DNA of 64,000 bases from the NCBI GenBank assembly GCA_973895155.1, contig OZ316898.1, forward strand, positions 2,641,927-2,705,926. Direction: 5' to 3'. Positions 26,701 through 38,884 of the stretch are shown piece by piece (within the stretch, counting starts at the first letter, position 1; every line of letters begins with the position of its first letter). The stretch is from Marsupella aquatica (lineage: Eukaryota; Plantae; Marchantiophyta). Below the pieces are notes generated by a model. The model did not search any database. It was not told the DNA's origin and saw only the letters and a program-made list of their open reading frames with translations. The position numbers were made by a program, and so were the translations under genes.

Positions 26701-26951
26701 CCATCATAGTCATCATCATAATTATCAGGCGTCCCTTGCCAATAACTCTGGCTCCTTCTAGGGTATGGATTATGTGATTTCTCTCTAGCTACCCACCTAC
26801 CTGGGACTTGATGAGGGCCCTGTGCATCTTGCACAGGTGCATTTTTCTGTGAGCCCCCTGCATCTAGGTCTCCATCCATATCCAATCTTTCCTCTTCACC
26901 CCACTCTCCAAGCCCCATGTCTGTCTCCATGTCATCACCCTCTTCCCCCAT
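23780..26951 (-). CDS. CACTA TnpA-like multi-exon gene of element B
   Basis: Exonic ORFs 26580-26951, 25584-26246, 24951-25232 and 23780-24373. C-terminal FHGKVVPDDHVVV..LPFPNRDDDPPQ..DAVGSLVLWP (Tnp1/En-Spm-like). Collinear with 54301-58008. Confidence 0.75.
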
Positions 26952-27128
26952 AGCTTCTGCACAGCACCCACAACCAAACAGGGAGAATCAGCACACTAAA
27001 TTCAAAGTATCAATCAATTTCATGCATATCCAACTATCCTAAACATCATTCCAGGCAGCAATTCCCGTTCTGTGACTCTGTGCAGGTAGTCATCCTCAAC
27101 CTCATACTTGCCAATCGCCAGCTGTTGC

Positions 27129-30100
27129 CTATTGCAAATCATCAACCTCATCATATTCCATTTGCCCAGGTTCATCATATGTCTCTCTCAATGTTAAGGG
27201 GATGTAGTCAGTCCCTGCCCGAGTTGGAAGTACAGTCTCATGACTAGGATGCTCGAATGCAGCATGGTCATCCAAACTGAACTCTACTTTACTTCCATCC
27301 ATCCGCCTGTTCTGTGCTTGGCTATGGCATACCACCCTCCAGCCATGTGACTCCTCCACATCTGCAAAGAAAGCCTGTTCAACTTGGCTAGGGAAAACAA
27401 AAGGCTCAGACCATTCTGGTACTCTGGACCTAAAATTGGCCAACAAGAACCCATCATGATCACGCTTCATGGTGGCCCTTGGTCTCTGCCACTCTGATTT
27501 CACCCATGATCCCTTCATCAATATCACTGGGACACTTGTGTTACCATAATTCAACACCCAAATGTCGGTCAACTCCCCCACGTAACCCATCTTCATCCAC
27601 CCCCTCTGTTCTTCAGAGGTTCTCTGCTCAAACACAGAAATCAAACCACAATCATATGATACACAATGGTCACCCTGCTCATCCCTCACTCGATAATGAT
27701 TTCCATAAGCTCTCATCCGTTTGTAGGTCAGAATAGACAATCGTGGTGGCACAGATAGAAGATACAAATCCTTCTCCATATCTGGGTGATGTCTACTCTG
27801 CTCTCGAATTGTCACCCGAATCCACTGCTCGAACTGTGGGAAGGGATCCTGCTGCCCAGAGTGTGCAGCTTTTTGCATATCATATTCCCTGCAATATGAG
27901 GTACAGGCATAGTTAGGTCTAAACAACACATGACAACCTAAGATCACCCTTGGAACAGACAAGAAGCATCACAACAAAGGCAAGTCAATTCAATCACTCA
28001 CTTCCACCATGGTTGCATAGGCTCTGTGTTTGCCAGCACATATGAATGAGCCTTGTCTCGAATCGCAACAGGCAGCTGAACAGCACGTCCCACACCTTCA
28101 ACAACCTCGCCACTCACTCCATCATCTTCACCAGATTTCCAAACTCTTGTCATAGCTTCACCAGACCTAGCCATGTACTCTGTTAGGAATCCCAACGTCT
28201 CATCCTTAATGTACCCCAATGCCATGGAAGCCTCTGGCCTGTAGTATGTTCTCACATGACCTTTCAACAACTTCATGTATCGCTCCATAGGGTACATCCA
28301 TCTGGTACTGACTGGCCCATACTGCCCTAGCTCTTCTACCACATGGATTAGGAGATGAGTCATAACATCAAAGAAAGCAGGGGGGAAGTATATCTTCAAG
28401 TCACAGAGGACATAAGCAGCATCCTGCTTCAACTGCTCCAATCCTTGGGGATCCCACACTTTCACACATATACGGCGAAATACATTGCACAGTCGAAGAA
28501 TGACATTACGGACTGGTTTCTTCATGAGACCTCTGAGGCATAGGGGCAGAATGTGCTGCATCAACACATGGTAGTCATGTGTTTTCATACTGCCAAGTTT
28601 ATTCTTTGTAATATGCTTCTTGAAGGCACCAGCATAGCCAGAGGGCACTTTCAGACAGCTCAATCTATACAAGAATGTCTTCCATTCATCCTGTGTGCAC
28701 ACATAGGGAGCTTGGAACTTGAGAAGTACATTGGGATTGCTTGCATGGGGCTTCAACCAAAGGTGAGGGCGAATCCCCTTCTGTTGCATATCAGCTCGAA
28801 CTGCTCCTGTATCTTTCTCACCCGACAAGAACTTCAGCAAGCTCTCACAAATATTTTTCTCAATGTGCATGACGTCCACATTGTGTTTGCTGGGCTCGAA
28901 TTCCTGCACTCCACAAAGCAAAGAATTCAACAACAGAAACACTAATTAACCACATAGGAGGATTGTAACCAACATCAATCCACCATTGCTCCAATCTAAA
29001 ATTGCAATCATACAGGGGCTGGAGGCTAAGTACATTACCCTCCAGTACTCCAACTCCAAGTCCATCAAGGTCTGTCTTTTCACACCGTGTTTCACCACTG
29101 GATCCTCAGGTTCTCGATCAGTGGCACTTCTCTTGTCCCAATCAGCCTTCCTGGCTGCCCACCTCAGGACTTGCTCTCTGGTGACCCTCTGTGGTGGGCC
29201 ACGAAGCTCTGTTTTGTTGTTGAAGTGTGCAATTTGAGACTGTGTGTGCCTGTAAGGATGATCAACAGGCAGATACCTTCTATGCCCCTGAAATTTCATA
29301 CTATGCAGGGCATGCGACCACTCACTTGTCACATTTTTCCCACATGGTGTGCACCCCACATAGCCCTTTGTCACTCGTCCAGATATTATGCCATAGCCTG
29401 GGTAATCTGCTATATCCAGCAAACAAATTGCATGCAGTCTAAAGGGGCTGGGTCGAAGAAGCCCCTTCAAAACATCATGGGTTAACACCCCTTCTATCCA
29501 CAAAGTCTTCCACTCTTCCACTACTAGAGCCAACATGATATCTATGAATTGCTCGGTCACAGAAGCTGGTCCAGGGATTAACAGCACCATCATGACAAAA
29601 AACCTCTTTGTAGTCATCCATGGGGGAAGGTTGTAATTTAGCAGCGTAACCGGCCAACATGAATAACGGTTGTTTTTGTCTCCAAATGGGTTTACTCCAT
29701 CCAGTGATAGACCAAATCTAAAGTTCCGCTTCTCTGCAGCAAATTGTGGCCACCTCTCATCAACAAATTTCCAATGGTTGGAATCTCCAATGTGACGCTG
29801 CAGGCCATCACTGCTCTTGTTATCAGGAGTCCATGTCATCAGCTTGGAAATGGCAGGGCATCTAAACAGACGTTGTAGTCTAGGAATGAGAGGAAAATGA
29901 CGAAGAACCTTGGCAGGGTGTGTACATTTCCCTACATTCTTGTACCTGTGCTTACCACAATGAGGGCATGTCAATTTATCTGCATGCTCTTTGCGAAAGA
30001 GAACACACCCATCAGGGCATGCGTCAATAGACACATAGTTCAGCCCAAGGTTAGACATCAATTTCCTAGCCTCGTACATATTTTTTGGAATTGAATTACC

Positions 30101-30829
30101 ATCTGGTAACACATTTCGGCGCAGGAAGGTCAACAACTCTGTCACAAATATATTGGGAACATTGTGATTGCCACAGATGTTCAACAACAACACGACAAAA
30201 CCCAGCTTGGAGCAGTTCGACCCCTTGTAGATAGGAATGCAAGCTTCTTTGATGTGTTTTGGGCCCCCAAACACCCACTCCCTCTCTGCTGCACCTTCCC
30301 CAATGTCAAAGTCAGGTTCAGCTTGGCCGTCGCCAATGTGTGGCTGCGGTTCATTGTCCTCTTCTGATTCCACTATGTCGTAAAAAGCATCAAGGTCTTC
30401 AAAAATCTCTTGAACCATTCTTGGGACATCCATCCCACCGTCCTCAGTGACTGCCTCTCCATCTCCATCTTGGTCATCCACGTTCTCATGTTGGACCCCA
30501 GGACCATCCTCTGCACAGTCTATGTCCTGCTCTACGTAGTTTCTACGCCTAGCTGTATTAGAATCCACAAAGTCAGCTCTCCACTCTTCATCAGAGGAGT
30601 CTTCTTCTGCTGGTACATTCCAAACCCTCCACCGAGGGTGCCTTTCATGCCGCAGCAGGTGAAGGTGCACAGTGTTCAAACTCAACGACTTGAATCCTTG
30701 GCACTGTGTGCATGGGCATCTCATCCTCCTACTCCTACCTTGGGCGGCCCGGGCTTGTTCACGCATCCACAATTTAGAATCATGATGCCTAATCCTAAAT
30801 GGGTTGTGAAGAGGCAACCTTGGAGCCAT
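27129..30829 (-). CDS. CACTA transposase (TnpD; Transposase_21/DUF4218/DUF4216-type), 3 exons, apparently uninterrupted
   Basis: CPCxxC N-terminus, LRHFPLIPRLQRLF, DGVNPF, DYPG, DVMHIEKN, FPPAFFDVMTHL, RWMYPMER and EPFVFPSQVEQAFF. GT-AG junctions at about 29039/28903 and 28002/27888. Confidence 0.93.
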
Positions 30830-31155
30830 CACTATACACACGCACTCAGCACCCTGTCATTTTATTATGCAAGTGAAAAATACACTTCCTGTTAAGGATT
30901 TCACCCCCGACTGTACTTGCCAAAATACGTAACGTTCCAAAAAAACAAAAAAACAAAAAATATAGGTGCCTAAGTCATGTACCTATTCTCAAGTGAATGA
31001 GACAAAATTCCTAAATGTTTGAGGGTGTCAACTCCTCCGCTGTCCTCACATGTACTGCCTCTGGACGTATATCCATGACCATATCAGAGTCCAATCATGT
31101 ATAGTCATAGACACAGGTGCCAGGTGCGAGACCGGTGTGAGATGTCCTCATCTTA

Positions 31156-31725
31156 CTACCACATCAAATACAGATACCAATCCTGTTGTCGATGCCACTC
31201 AGCCCTGAGGTACTCAGGCATGTACATTAAGTCATCAAGGTCTAAACCCTGCTCATGCCATGGTGGTCTTCGATCCGTGCCTACAAGCAGTGGCAGCAGT
31301 GCCCTCCATGGTGCACATGTTGCTACCAAGTCCCTCCACTGGGTACTAATTAGTCTATATTTGCAGATATCTTGTGCGCCAGACACCACAAGAACCCTCG
31401 GCCAGACATGTGCAAGAACTATATCATCTGCCAAATCAGGCAACAAGGAACCACCTACAACATCGTGCTTGTCTAACTCATCTGCTGAAAAGTAAATGTC
31501 CTCTTCCGACTGTGCATCCTCATTCACCACAACATTCACAACACATCCAAGGTCTGCCGGCATTATCTCGGATGGAGCTACACTCTGTCTGGTTACCAAT
31601 CCACACAAGTAAGCCCAAGCAGTAGCCATGCACGATGCAACCCGTAGGAGGACCCTACATAGGGCCTGACGGTCTGGAAGAGGCAGCATACCCACCAAAG
31701 TCTTCAGCCAAACAGAGCCCAGCAA
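31156..31725 (-). CDS. F-box protein carried by CACTA B
   Basis: GSLLPDLADDIVLAHVWPRV...DICKYRLISTQWRDLV is a typical F-box signature. Start codon uncertain. Confidence 0.7.
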   Translation of the reverse strand: MLGSVWLKTLVGMLPLPDRQALCRVLLRVASCMATAWAYLCGLVTRQSVAPSEIMPADLGCVVNVVVNEDAQSEEDIYFSADELDKHDVVGGSLLPDLADDIVLAHVWPRVLVVSGAQDICKYRLISTQWRDLVATCAPWRALLPLLVGTDRRPPWHEQGLDLDDLMYMPEYLRAEWHRQQDWYLYLMW

Positions 31726-31865
31726 GTAGATTCACAGTCACACCCCACGCAGCAGGAAACAACAATCACTTCAACTGCGACCAACCATGACAAGATGAGT
31801 TAGTTCAAGGATCACATTTATTACAAAATTGTGATTTATACAAAAATATGAGGGACTCCTACTCC

Positions 31866-32230
31866 TCACTCTCTCCCACCTTTGCTAAGCATACATCTCC
31901 GCTGAATCTTGGAGGGCCAGGCCTCAAAAATATCAAAGTCCCAAGCATTCTGTCGCTTCCCTCTAGCTGCTGATTCCAGAAGCCAATCAGGGGAAAGCAC
32001 CCAAAGATTGTTGTTCATGACAAAATCACGCACTGTTGTCTTAAAGAATTTTCTGCATATTTTCATGTATGACAGACCTACAACATGAGTGGAGGTTTCT
32101 GTTAGACTCTCCTCCACTGTCCCACCTAGCTCAACAACTATAGACTTGTACAATCTGCACTTAGTCTCCCCAATTCCTTCTTCTGCAAATACCACACTGA
32201 ACCCCTGGGCCCTCAGCGTTACTAATGCAG
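31866..32230 (-). CDS. BRCT domain ORF in CACTA B, 5'-truncated; homolog of BRCT2 at 49600-49910
   Basis: GFSVVF..LGGTVEESLTETSTHVV..WVLSPDWLLES, aligning without gaps to the element C BRCT2. Confidence 0.85.
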
Positions 32231-33213
32231 GGAGGACGTGCGAACAACGCAAGGGTATTTTTAATGTAATGCAAACTAATTTTTATAATATTTTTTAAAG
32301 TAGGCAACATCCATGTATATACATTTATCACAATATTAGTAATAAGGCTCTTATCAAATACATGTCACATTAATCTTATGCAAGGGTACCTAAAATGCCA
32401 AGGACACGTGTCACTATATGGTTGGCACACATGTCATCACTTCATTGGCACACATGTCCATATAGTAAATCAGACATTTAATTATTTATCCTCTTAAGGC
32501 AAGTTTGGTTTCATGGGCTTGCATGGTAGACTTGTTTACCTGCATGTGTTAAGTTGGGAGTTAAGTAAATGTTGGACCAAGATTTTGGGGCCCAACTCGT
32601 TTGGGGTTCTGGGATTGATGGGGACCCATGAATCAATCCCACATAGACAAACAAGATTACTTTTGAATTCCCTCGAATCAAATGGCCAGGTATGAGGCCA
32701 TGTGTGTTTGTGTGTGGGGTGGTGTACTCCCTTGATCATTGGGTTGGGGGGGTACCCGGTGCTCACAGTTGTTTGATTGCAGAGATGGCAGGAAAATTAC
32801 CCACCATGTCTAAGTAACAATTTCAGCCAAAGGAGATTTGATGGTATTACTCTCCACAATTTTCAGTAGTCATTTTTTGTATTATTAGTACTTTGTGTCT
32901 AGAATATATATGATTAATGTGTGGTTTGACGTGTCAGGTCGCATGAAAGAAGTTGCCAAAAACTCTACTTATCATTTGGTGTTAATGGTTGATGTCATAC
33001 CATTCTTAGTCAAGATAGAATAATTTAGCAATTGGAGTTTACATAAGTAGTATATATGCAATTATTCCTCCAAGAATATAGCATAGCATAATAATGCCTT
33101 TATACTAGTTCAGTTTATCTCTATGAGGTCTACAAGTTGCATGAGTTATAGTCATATACTCTAGAAGAACTATAAATCTTTAGTACTAATTTTGTTATGA
33201 TCTATATAAAATA

Positions 33214-36200
33214 TGTACCGTGAACATCAGCGTAACATAATATTCCCCTATGCAAAATAGAATCTTTTATGTTTCAGTATGATATTTACAATTTTTAAAA
33301 ATTCAAGGGTTTTTTTAATTCCTTGAAAAACTCTGTTATAATTTACAAAAGGATAAATTTTTATAGGAAAAAATAATGTTTTTACATTAACAAGGGATTT
33401 TTTTTTGTGAACAAAAATATTAAGAAGGGGTACACGGGGGGTGTCTGTTCTCAGGGGGGTTCACTTAATATAGTAAGAGTGAGGGCCCAGGGGACCGTGG
33501 CCGCCCCGGGCCCGTTACCAATGGCAGTGGCACTACCCAGGCCCGATCGGGAGGATGGGGAAGTATCACCTTCCCCGAGCCAATCACGGGGAAAGAAGAG
33601 GAAAGAATCCGCCACTGCATCCGGGTTACCGTTGGCCACGGTAGCCGTAGCCAAGGTGACGATGCACCGCATGGGGGAAAACGTTCACAGCAACATCCTC
33701 CATCCTAAGCATGCGGTGTACCTGAAGACTCAGGGATTTGAGCACCTCACCTCTCTCCCCTGGAACACTTGCAGGTACTACGGGGAGGACATGACAGAAT
33801 TCGTCAAGAATTATGATGACGTATGTCAACAGACTCGGCTGCGGGGAAGGAATATGTCCCTCATAGAAGAACGGCTCAAGATGATCTTCGGGTTACCCGA
33901 AGGTGACCATCGAGTCGAATCACGGGCTCCCGGGGGCAAGGGAGCCAAGTACCAATCTTCAAGTTTTCCCTCAGAGGGAGCAGTAGACAACGGGTTCGTG
34001 ATGAGGACCTGCCTCATGCCCGAGATAGCTGAGCGGCTGGAGTTCCAAAGGTACGCTCTCCACATGATGGAACCCCGGGAGGAGATCTCCGCCGCCCAGG
34101 TTATCCAGGTCGAGAACTATCGACCTAGGAAATGGGCGTCGTACTTCGCTAAGAAATTCCATGAAGAAATGGAGCGGCGAAGGAAGACGCTGTACATTGG
34201 CGGGAAGGCGTATTTCGCTAGCCACATCAAAATCATTCTTGAGTGGTACGCCCGGTTTGATCGACAAACCCTTCCCCGCATCAACGTTACAAAGCTGGTC
34301 CCAGCTAGGTGGGTTTTTCCGGCATTGGAGAGACGGCCCCAACCCGAGGCCCGAAGTCCAGCGGACATGCCAGCTTCACCCACCCCACCTCCACAAATAG
34401 TTGTAATCGTAACTGAGGAGGCGCCGGATGGGTCAGTTGTCGCAACCGTTGATGCGACCCAACTAGCCCGGCTAAGTACAGAAGTTGTTACGGTAGAGGT
34501 CTTACCCGAGCCCAGGTCTCCCAAGGACCCACCGGTGGCAATTCCGGAGAACCGGATATTGCTACAGGAGAACACTCCAGCCCCTTCCAACGTTATGTCC
34601 CCAGGGCTGGACGTCACTGCCCCGGCCCCCGCGCGTGTTGACGTCTGCCCGTGCCCAAATCCGGACAGGCGCAACTTGGACCACCCGGAACTCTTCGTAC
34701 AGGGTACGTTTCTGAATGGGCTTCTGGGAGATTTCTCTCATCAAATTGCCCGGGATACCGGGGAGTTCATGGCCCGGAAGGTAGCCTGTTTCTTCAATCA
34801 GGAGTTGGTTGCCGCAGTAAAGGCAGGTCGGGCCCAATCGGAGGCCCTTCAGAGGATAGAGCGGTACCGGGTGGAGTCCGTGTACCTAAAGAATGAAGTG
34901 GCGGCTCAAGAGGCTGAGCTTTTGCAACTACGACCCAAGGTTGCAGTCGCCGATGAGTTGTTAGCAAAGGCGCACGCTCTTACCGCCCTAGCCGAACAGG
35001 CCAAAGCTGGGAACGAGGCCGAGATTACACGACTCCGGAACCAGATTGAAAATTTGAAGAAACAAGCTGTCACCTGGCAGAAAGACCTGGAGGAGGCCGA
35101 GGAGCGAGCTCAGCGGGACACGACGGAGATAGCCACGCTGCAGGCCGAGATGGCGCGGCTCCAAACCGAGGCCGAGAAGCAGGACCAGCTGGCGGGTAAA
35201 TTGACGAGCGACGCCCAGCAGCTGGAGGAGGCATGTCAGGAGGTAGCAGAGGAGATGGACGCGGCGAGGCGAGAGAACGAATCTCTGCTGGACCAGGTCC
35301 AGCTCCTCAAAGCGGACAATGACAGGCTTTGAAGGCAGCGGGATGGCCGTTCCCATTCGGGCGGCTCTAGCAAGCGTGCCAGGCATTAGCGGCGGAGTAG
35401 GAATAGATTAGGATTAGGATTGGCTTAGTCAGGCTCTTGGGACAGGCACCTGCCTTAGGTATAGCAGCGCTGCCCTGCTGTCCAGCCTGCGTAGATTAGG
35501 ATCTTCTAATAAGACACAGCCGTTTTCCGGCCTGACTGTCAGCTTAGTTAGGACCTTAGTCAGCGAATCTTCGGTGAGAGGACACCCCGTCCCTCGGCTC
35601 TTAGTATTTAGTGCACCCCTCGGTAGAGGCAGGGGGGTTTTTAGCTTCAGAGTTGGACATCCGCGGGATATGCGGGGAGTCCCGACCTCTAGGAATGAAA
35701 GAGTACCAAGGGGAGGGGGTAGGACTAAGCTCACCGGGCGAGTGCGGAGCCGGGCTCCGTTGTAGTGTGCACCCTCGGCCTTGAACCTGTTCATTCCAGG
35801 CCTGTCGGGTCAACTAAGTGTACGCATGTGTTTCCCTTTATAGTAAAAACCTTTCCCATCATTTTCCTTCGTGTAAATCGAGATTGTATGCATGTATGTG
35901 CGCATATGTGTGTGGGTTTCTCGTATATGGGTGGCAGCTAGGCCGAACGTACTACCCGAGACGTGCACAGGGTGCAGCCTGCGGGTAAGTGGTTGCGAGC
36001 ACGGGTTGAGGACCTGTATCATCGAATCCGGATCGAAGGCGGACAGCACGAAGGCTTAGAAGCCCTTAAGCCGGGGTCGATCCTGCTATCGACTAAGGTA
36101 CGTTCCGGCGGCGGAACACAAACCATACCTAGGAGGTGTCTGTATTTAGCAGTATGCGCACTTAGCGCTAATTTATGAGAATAAGGTGTATTACGTGCTT

Positions 36201-36354
36201 CCCTTCCTGCCCGAACCCTCAGATTTACGAGGGATGTGCCCGTCTAAGCTGAAGTTTGAGTTAAGGCCGAAGCCGACGGCGTGACACATAGTCACCCTTA
36301 ATTGTTTATATTTTCCTTATTTATGTAACTATACTAAGGTGTTTCTAGGGTACA
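33214..36354 (-). mobile_element. Putative ~3.1-kb LTR (3' LTR of a minus-strand retroelement)
   Basis: TGTACC (33214) ... GGTACA (36354) inverted ends. An adjacent polypurine tract lies on the minus strand (36355-36370, aaggggaaaagggaag). No TSD, consistent with a non-solo LTR. Confidence 0.55.
33521..35332 (+). CDS. Retroelement accessory protein (plant transposon-protein-like N-domain, Pro-rich linker, coiled coil)
   Basis: Uninterrupted ORF of about 600 aa from ATG 33521. GFEHLTSLPW..EFVKNYD..IFGLPEG..NGFVMRTC..ERLEF is related to ORF 61009. Long C-terminal heptads. Confidence 0.7.
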   Translation: MAVALPRPDREDGEVSPSPSQSRGKKRKESATASGLPLATVAVAKVTMHRMGENVHSNILHPKHAVYLKTQGFEHLTSLPWNTCRYYGEDMTEFVKNYDDVCQQTRLRGRNMSLIEERLKMIFGLPEGDHRVESRAPGGKGAKYQSSSFPSEGAVDNGFVMRTCLMPEIAERLEFQRYALHMMEPREEISAAQVIQVENYRPRKWASYFAKKFHEEMERRRKTLYIGGKAYFASHIKIILEWYARFDRQTLPRINVTKLVPARWVFPALERRPQPEARSPADMPASPTPPPQIVVIVTEEAPDGSVVATVDATQLARLSTEVVTVEVLPEPRSPKDPPVAIPENRILLQENTPAPSNVMSPGLDVTAPAPARVDVCPCPNPDRRNLDHPELFVQGTFLNGLLGDFSHQIARDTGEFMARKVACFFNQELVAAVKAGRAQSEALQRIERYRVESVYLKNEVAAQEAELLQLRPKVAVADELLAKAHALTALAEQAKAGNEAEITRLRNQIENLKKQAVTWQKDLEEAEERAQRDTTEIATLQAEMARLQTEAEKQDQLAGKLTSDAQQLEEACQEVAEEMDAARRENESLLDQVQLLKADNDRL

Positions 36355-36944
36355 CTTCCCTTTTCCCCTTAAACTAGCCCAGTGATTCCTGGCTAGGCAT
36401 CATAGGCCTGAAGCGACGTCTCGGACCTAAACCTGGGATTGAAAGTTTCTCATTTCTTGGCGATGGAACGCTCAAGAGACGACGCTTCTCACGTTTACTA
36501 GGCGACACATAGTAAGCACTGGGCTCAGGACCAGAACTCGCATCAAAATTTGAGTCAGAGATTTTGGGCACTATTTGCTGTGAGAGAGGTAGAGCTTTAA
36601 GTATGCAACTTGGCAAACAGCGAGCGACAAGATTAGGAGAGGATTCAAGTGAATCTGTGTCTGATTGAGACATGGCTATCCGAGACACTATGGGGCTTTG
36701 CATTCCTCCTGCAATCAGGGAAAATGAAAGGCTCAACGGACAGAATGTTGCTCCAAGAACACAACTCCCAAAACTCTACTCTCGATAATGACGCCAAAAA
36801 CTTATCGGCGGTGGCCCTTTTATAGTGTCTGTTGAGGGGTTGGCCCACGTGTCCACTTTTGATTGGCTGTCACCCTAAACGACAAAATAGCAGAAAAGGG
36901 TATATTTCTTGGATTTCCAATTTCATTCTCACACGTGCATCATG

Positions 36945-38884
36945 ACAAAATTATATAGTTTTGAAATTGAAGCGATAAATTTATCTGATGTTGGTATTGC
37001 AAAAGTGGTTCCTTCATATGGAAGTTGCAATTTGAAATTGAAGGGATAAATTTATTTGATGTTGGTATTGCGAAGAGTTTTCTTCATATGGATAGGAATT
37101 TTGAAATTTAACCGATGAACTGAAGGATCTTAGTATTGTCGACTAGTATTTTTGTCGCCCGTAGTTTTTGCGATAATTTTATCAGACTGCGCATTGCTGT
37201 TGAAAGAATGGCATGTTGACTATGGTCACTTGCGGAGGTAACTGGTCAATTGCGGAGGTAACTACAAGGTAAGTTTGACGAACCGTGCAGTAATTCTTAT
37301 CGACTGTGATGTAAAATATTTTTGGTAAATATCCAAAAACTGAGAAAACTGAGATTGGGTCGGAGCTTTCGTGGCTCAAATTCGGAGTCCGATACAGTTA
37401 TCGCACTTGGCTCGAAACGTAGATATGGATTTATAGATAAGACCTTTCATATATCTTCGGAGAGCGTGAATATGAGGTTGAGGAGAAAGTTTTTTGGATC
37501 TAATTGTTCCTTGATAATATGAATGTTTGTTAGCATGAATTTCATTGGTTTTGATCATTATTAAATTTGCTGTTTCAATCCGAACTCCGATACGAATTAC
37601 ATTATTTCCCCAAAAACGTGTTTTTGATGAAAAAAAACTGCCGATTTTGCGAGATTCGGCGGAAAATGAAAATACAGTTCTCGTTTAGAGGAAATAGTTC
37701 TCGTTCGGTCCAAAATCGTTATTTCTTGTCTTTGTTGAATCCGTTCTCTTCTGCCCACTTCTCCCGCCACTTCTGCTAATTGGGCATCTTGCATGATCCT
37801 CTCTCTGAATGCATCTACTTTTCTGGCCTCTTTCATGTCTGCAAGTTCTTGTTGCCTCCATTTGTCCTTGGCCTCGATCATCTGAATTCTGTACGCATTT
37901 TTTTCTTGTAATCTTTCGGCATACACCTCAACCAGGTTGGGCTTAGATGTGGATTGTGTCTATGATGGCCTCTTCCCCTGTTGGGGCCGTTGACTTCCTC
38001 GTTCATGTGTGACGTACTGTTGGATGAGTAGACGCTGTGCCTCTGCTTTGACCTTGTGACCGTGGGGCTGCTGATGTTGGGATGAATGCTGGAGTGGACG
38101 TTGGCTCTTCAACAATGGGCACGTTCAATCCAGGTTGGGCTCATCAGTAGAGCTATTGGCGGTACGTACCAGGAGGTTGAGTTGCATCGATGTCATTGTC
38201 GGTAAGGGAATGAGCAAATTGAATTTCGGGTTCAGCTGCAGCAAAAATGACAAAGTCAATACAGATTTATCAATGTTGAAATGTCTGACAGATTTCAGAC
38301 TGAGGCCTACGTTACCATCATTTGCGCTCACGAATGGGAAGGGGCATCAAGTAGCAGGGGATCGAGTCGCTTAGCTCTTACCTGCTTTGTGGTAGTTGGA
38401 TTTGTCTGGGATTGGAAACTCAGATTCAGGTAGCTTATCTCAGCACTCGCACCTAAGTTAGGGAGCTCACAAAATTATATAGTTTTGAAATTGAAGCGAT
38501 AAATTTATCTGATGTTGGTATTGCAAAAGTGGTTCCTTCATATGGAAGTTGCAATTTGAAATTGAAGGGATAAATTTATTTGATGTTGGTATTGCGAAGA
38601 GTTTTCTTCATATGGATAGGAATTTTGAAATTTAACTGATGAACCGAAGGATCTTAGTATTGTCGACTAGTATTTTTGTCGCCCGTAGTTTTTGCGATAA
38701 TTTTATCGGACTGCGCATTGCTGTTGAAAGAATGGCATGTTGACTATGGTCGCTTGCGGAGGTAACTGGTCAATTGCGGAGGTAACTACAAGGTAAGTTT
38801 GACGAACCGTGCAGTAATTCTTATCGATTGTGATGTAAAATATTTTTGGTAAATATCCAAAAACTGAGAAAACTGAGATTGGGT
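36945..38884 (+). repeat. 416-bp near-identical direct repeats (36945-37360 and 38469-38884)
   Basis: Both begin acaaaattatatagttttg and end aaactgagattgggt, with few mismatches. They contain GATAAATTTATC motifs. Confidence 0.92.
37775..37960 (-). pseudogene. Coiled-coil fragment, possibly the C-terminus of the Harbinger Myb/SANT-like protein
   Basis: SKPNLVEVYAERLQEKNAYRIQMIEAKDKWRQQEL; same strand as and downstream of 39823-40440. Confidence 0.35.

Larger units (their letters stand above)
22959..33213 (-). mobile_element. CACTA element B (autonomous-type); second terminus not found, cut by an LTR-like insert
   Basis: CACTAGTAGAAACCGG terminus at 22959, gact/agtc subterminal repeats at 23000-23290, and TnpD, TnpA-like, F-box and BRCT ORFs. 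Confidence 0.88.
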
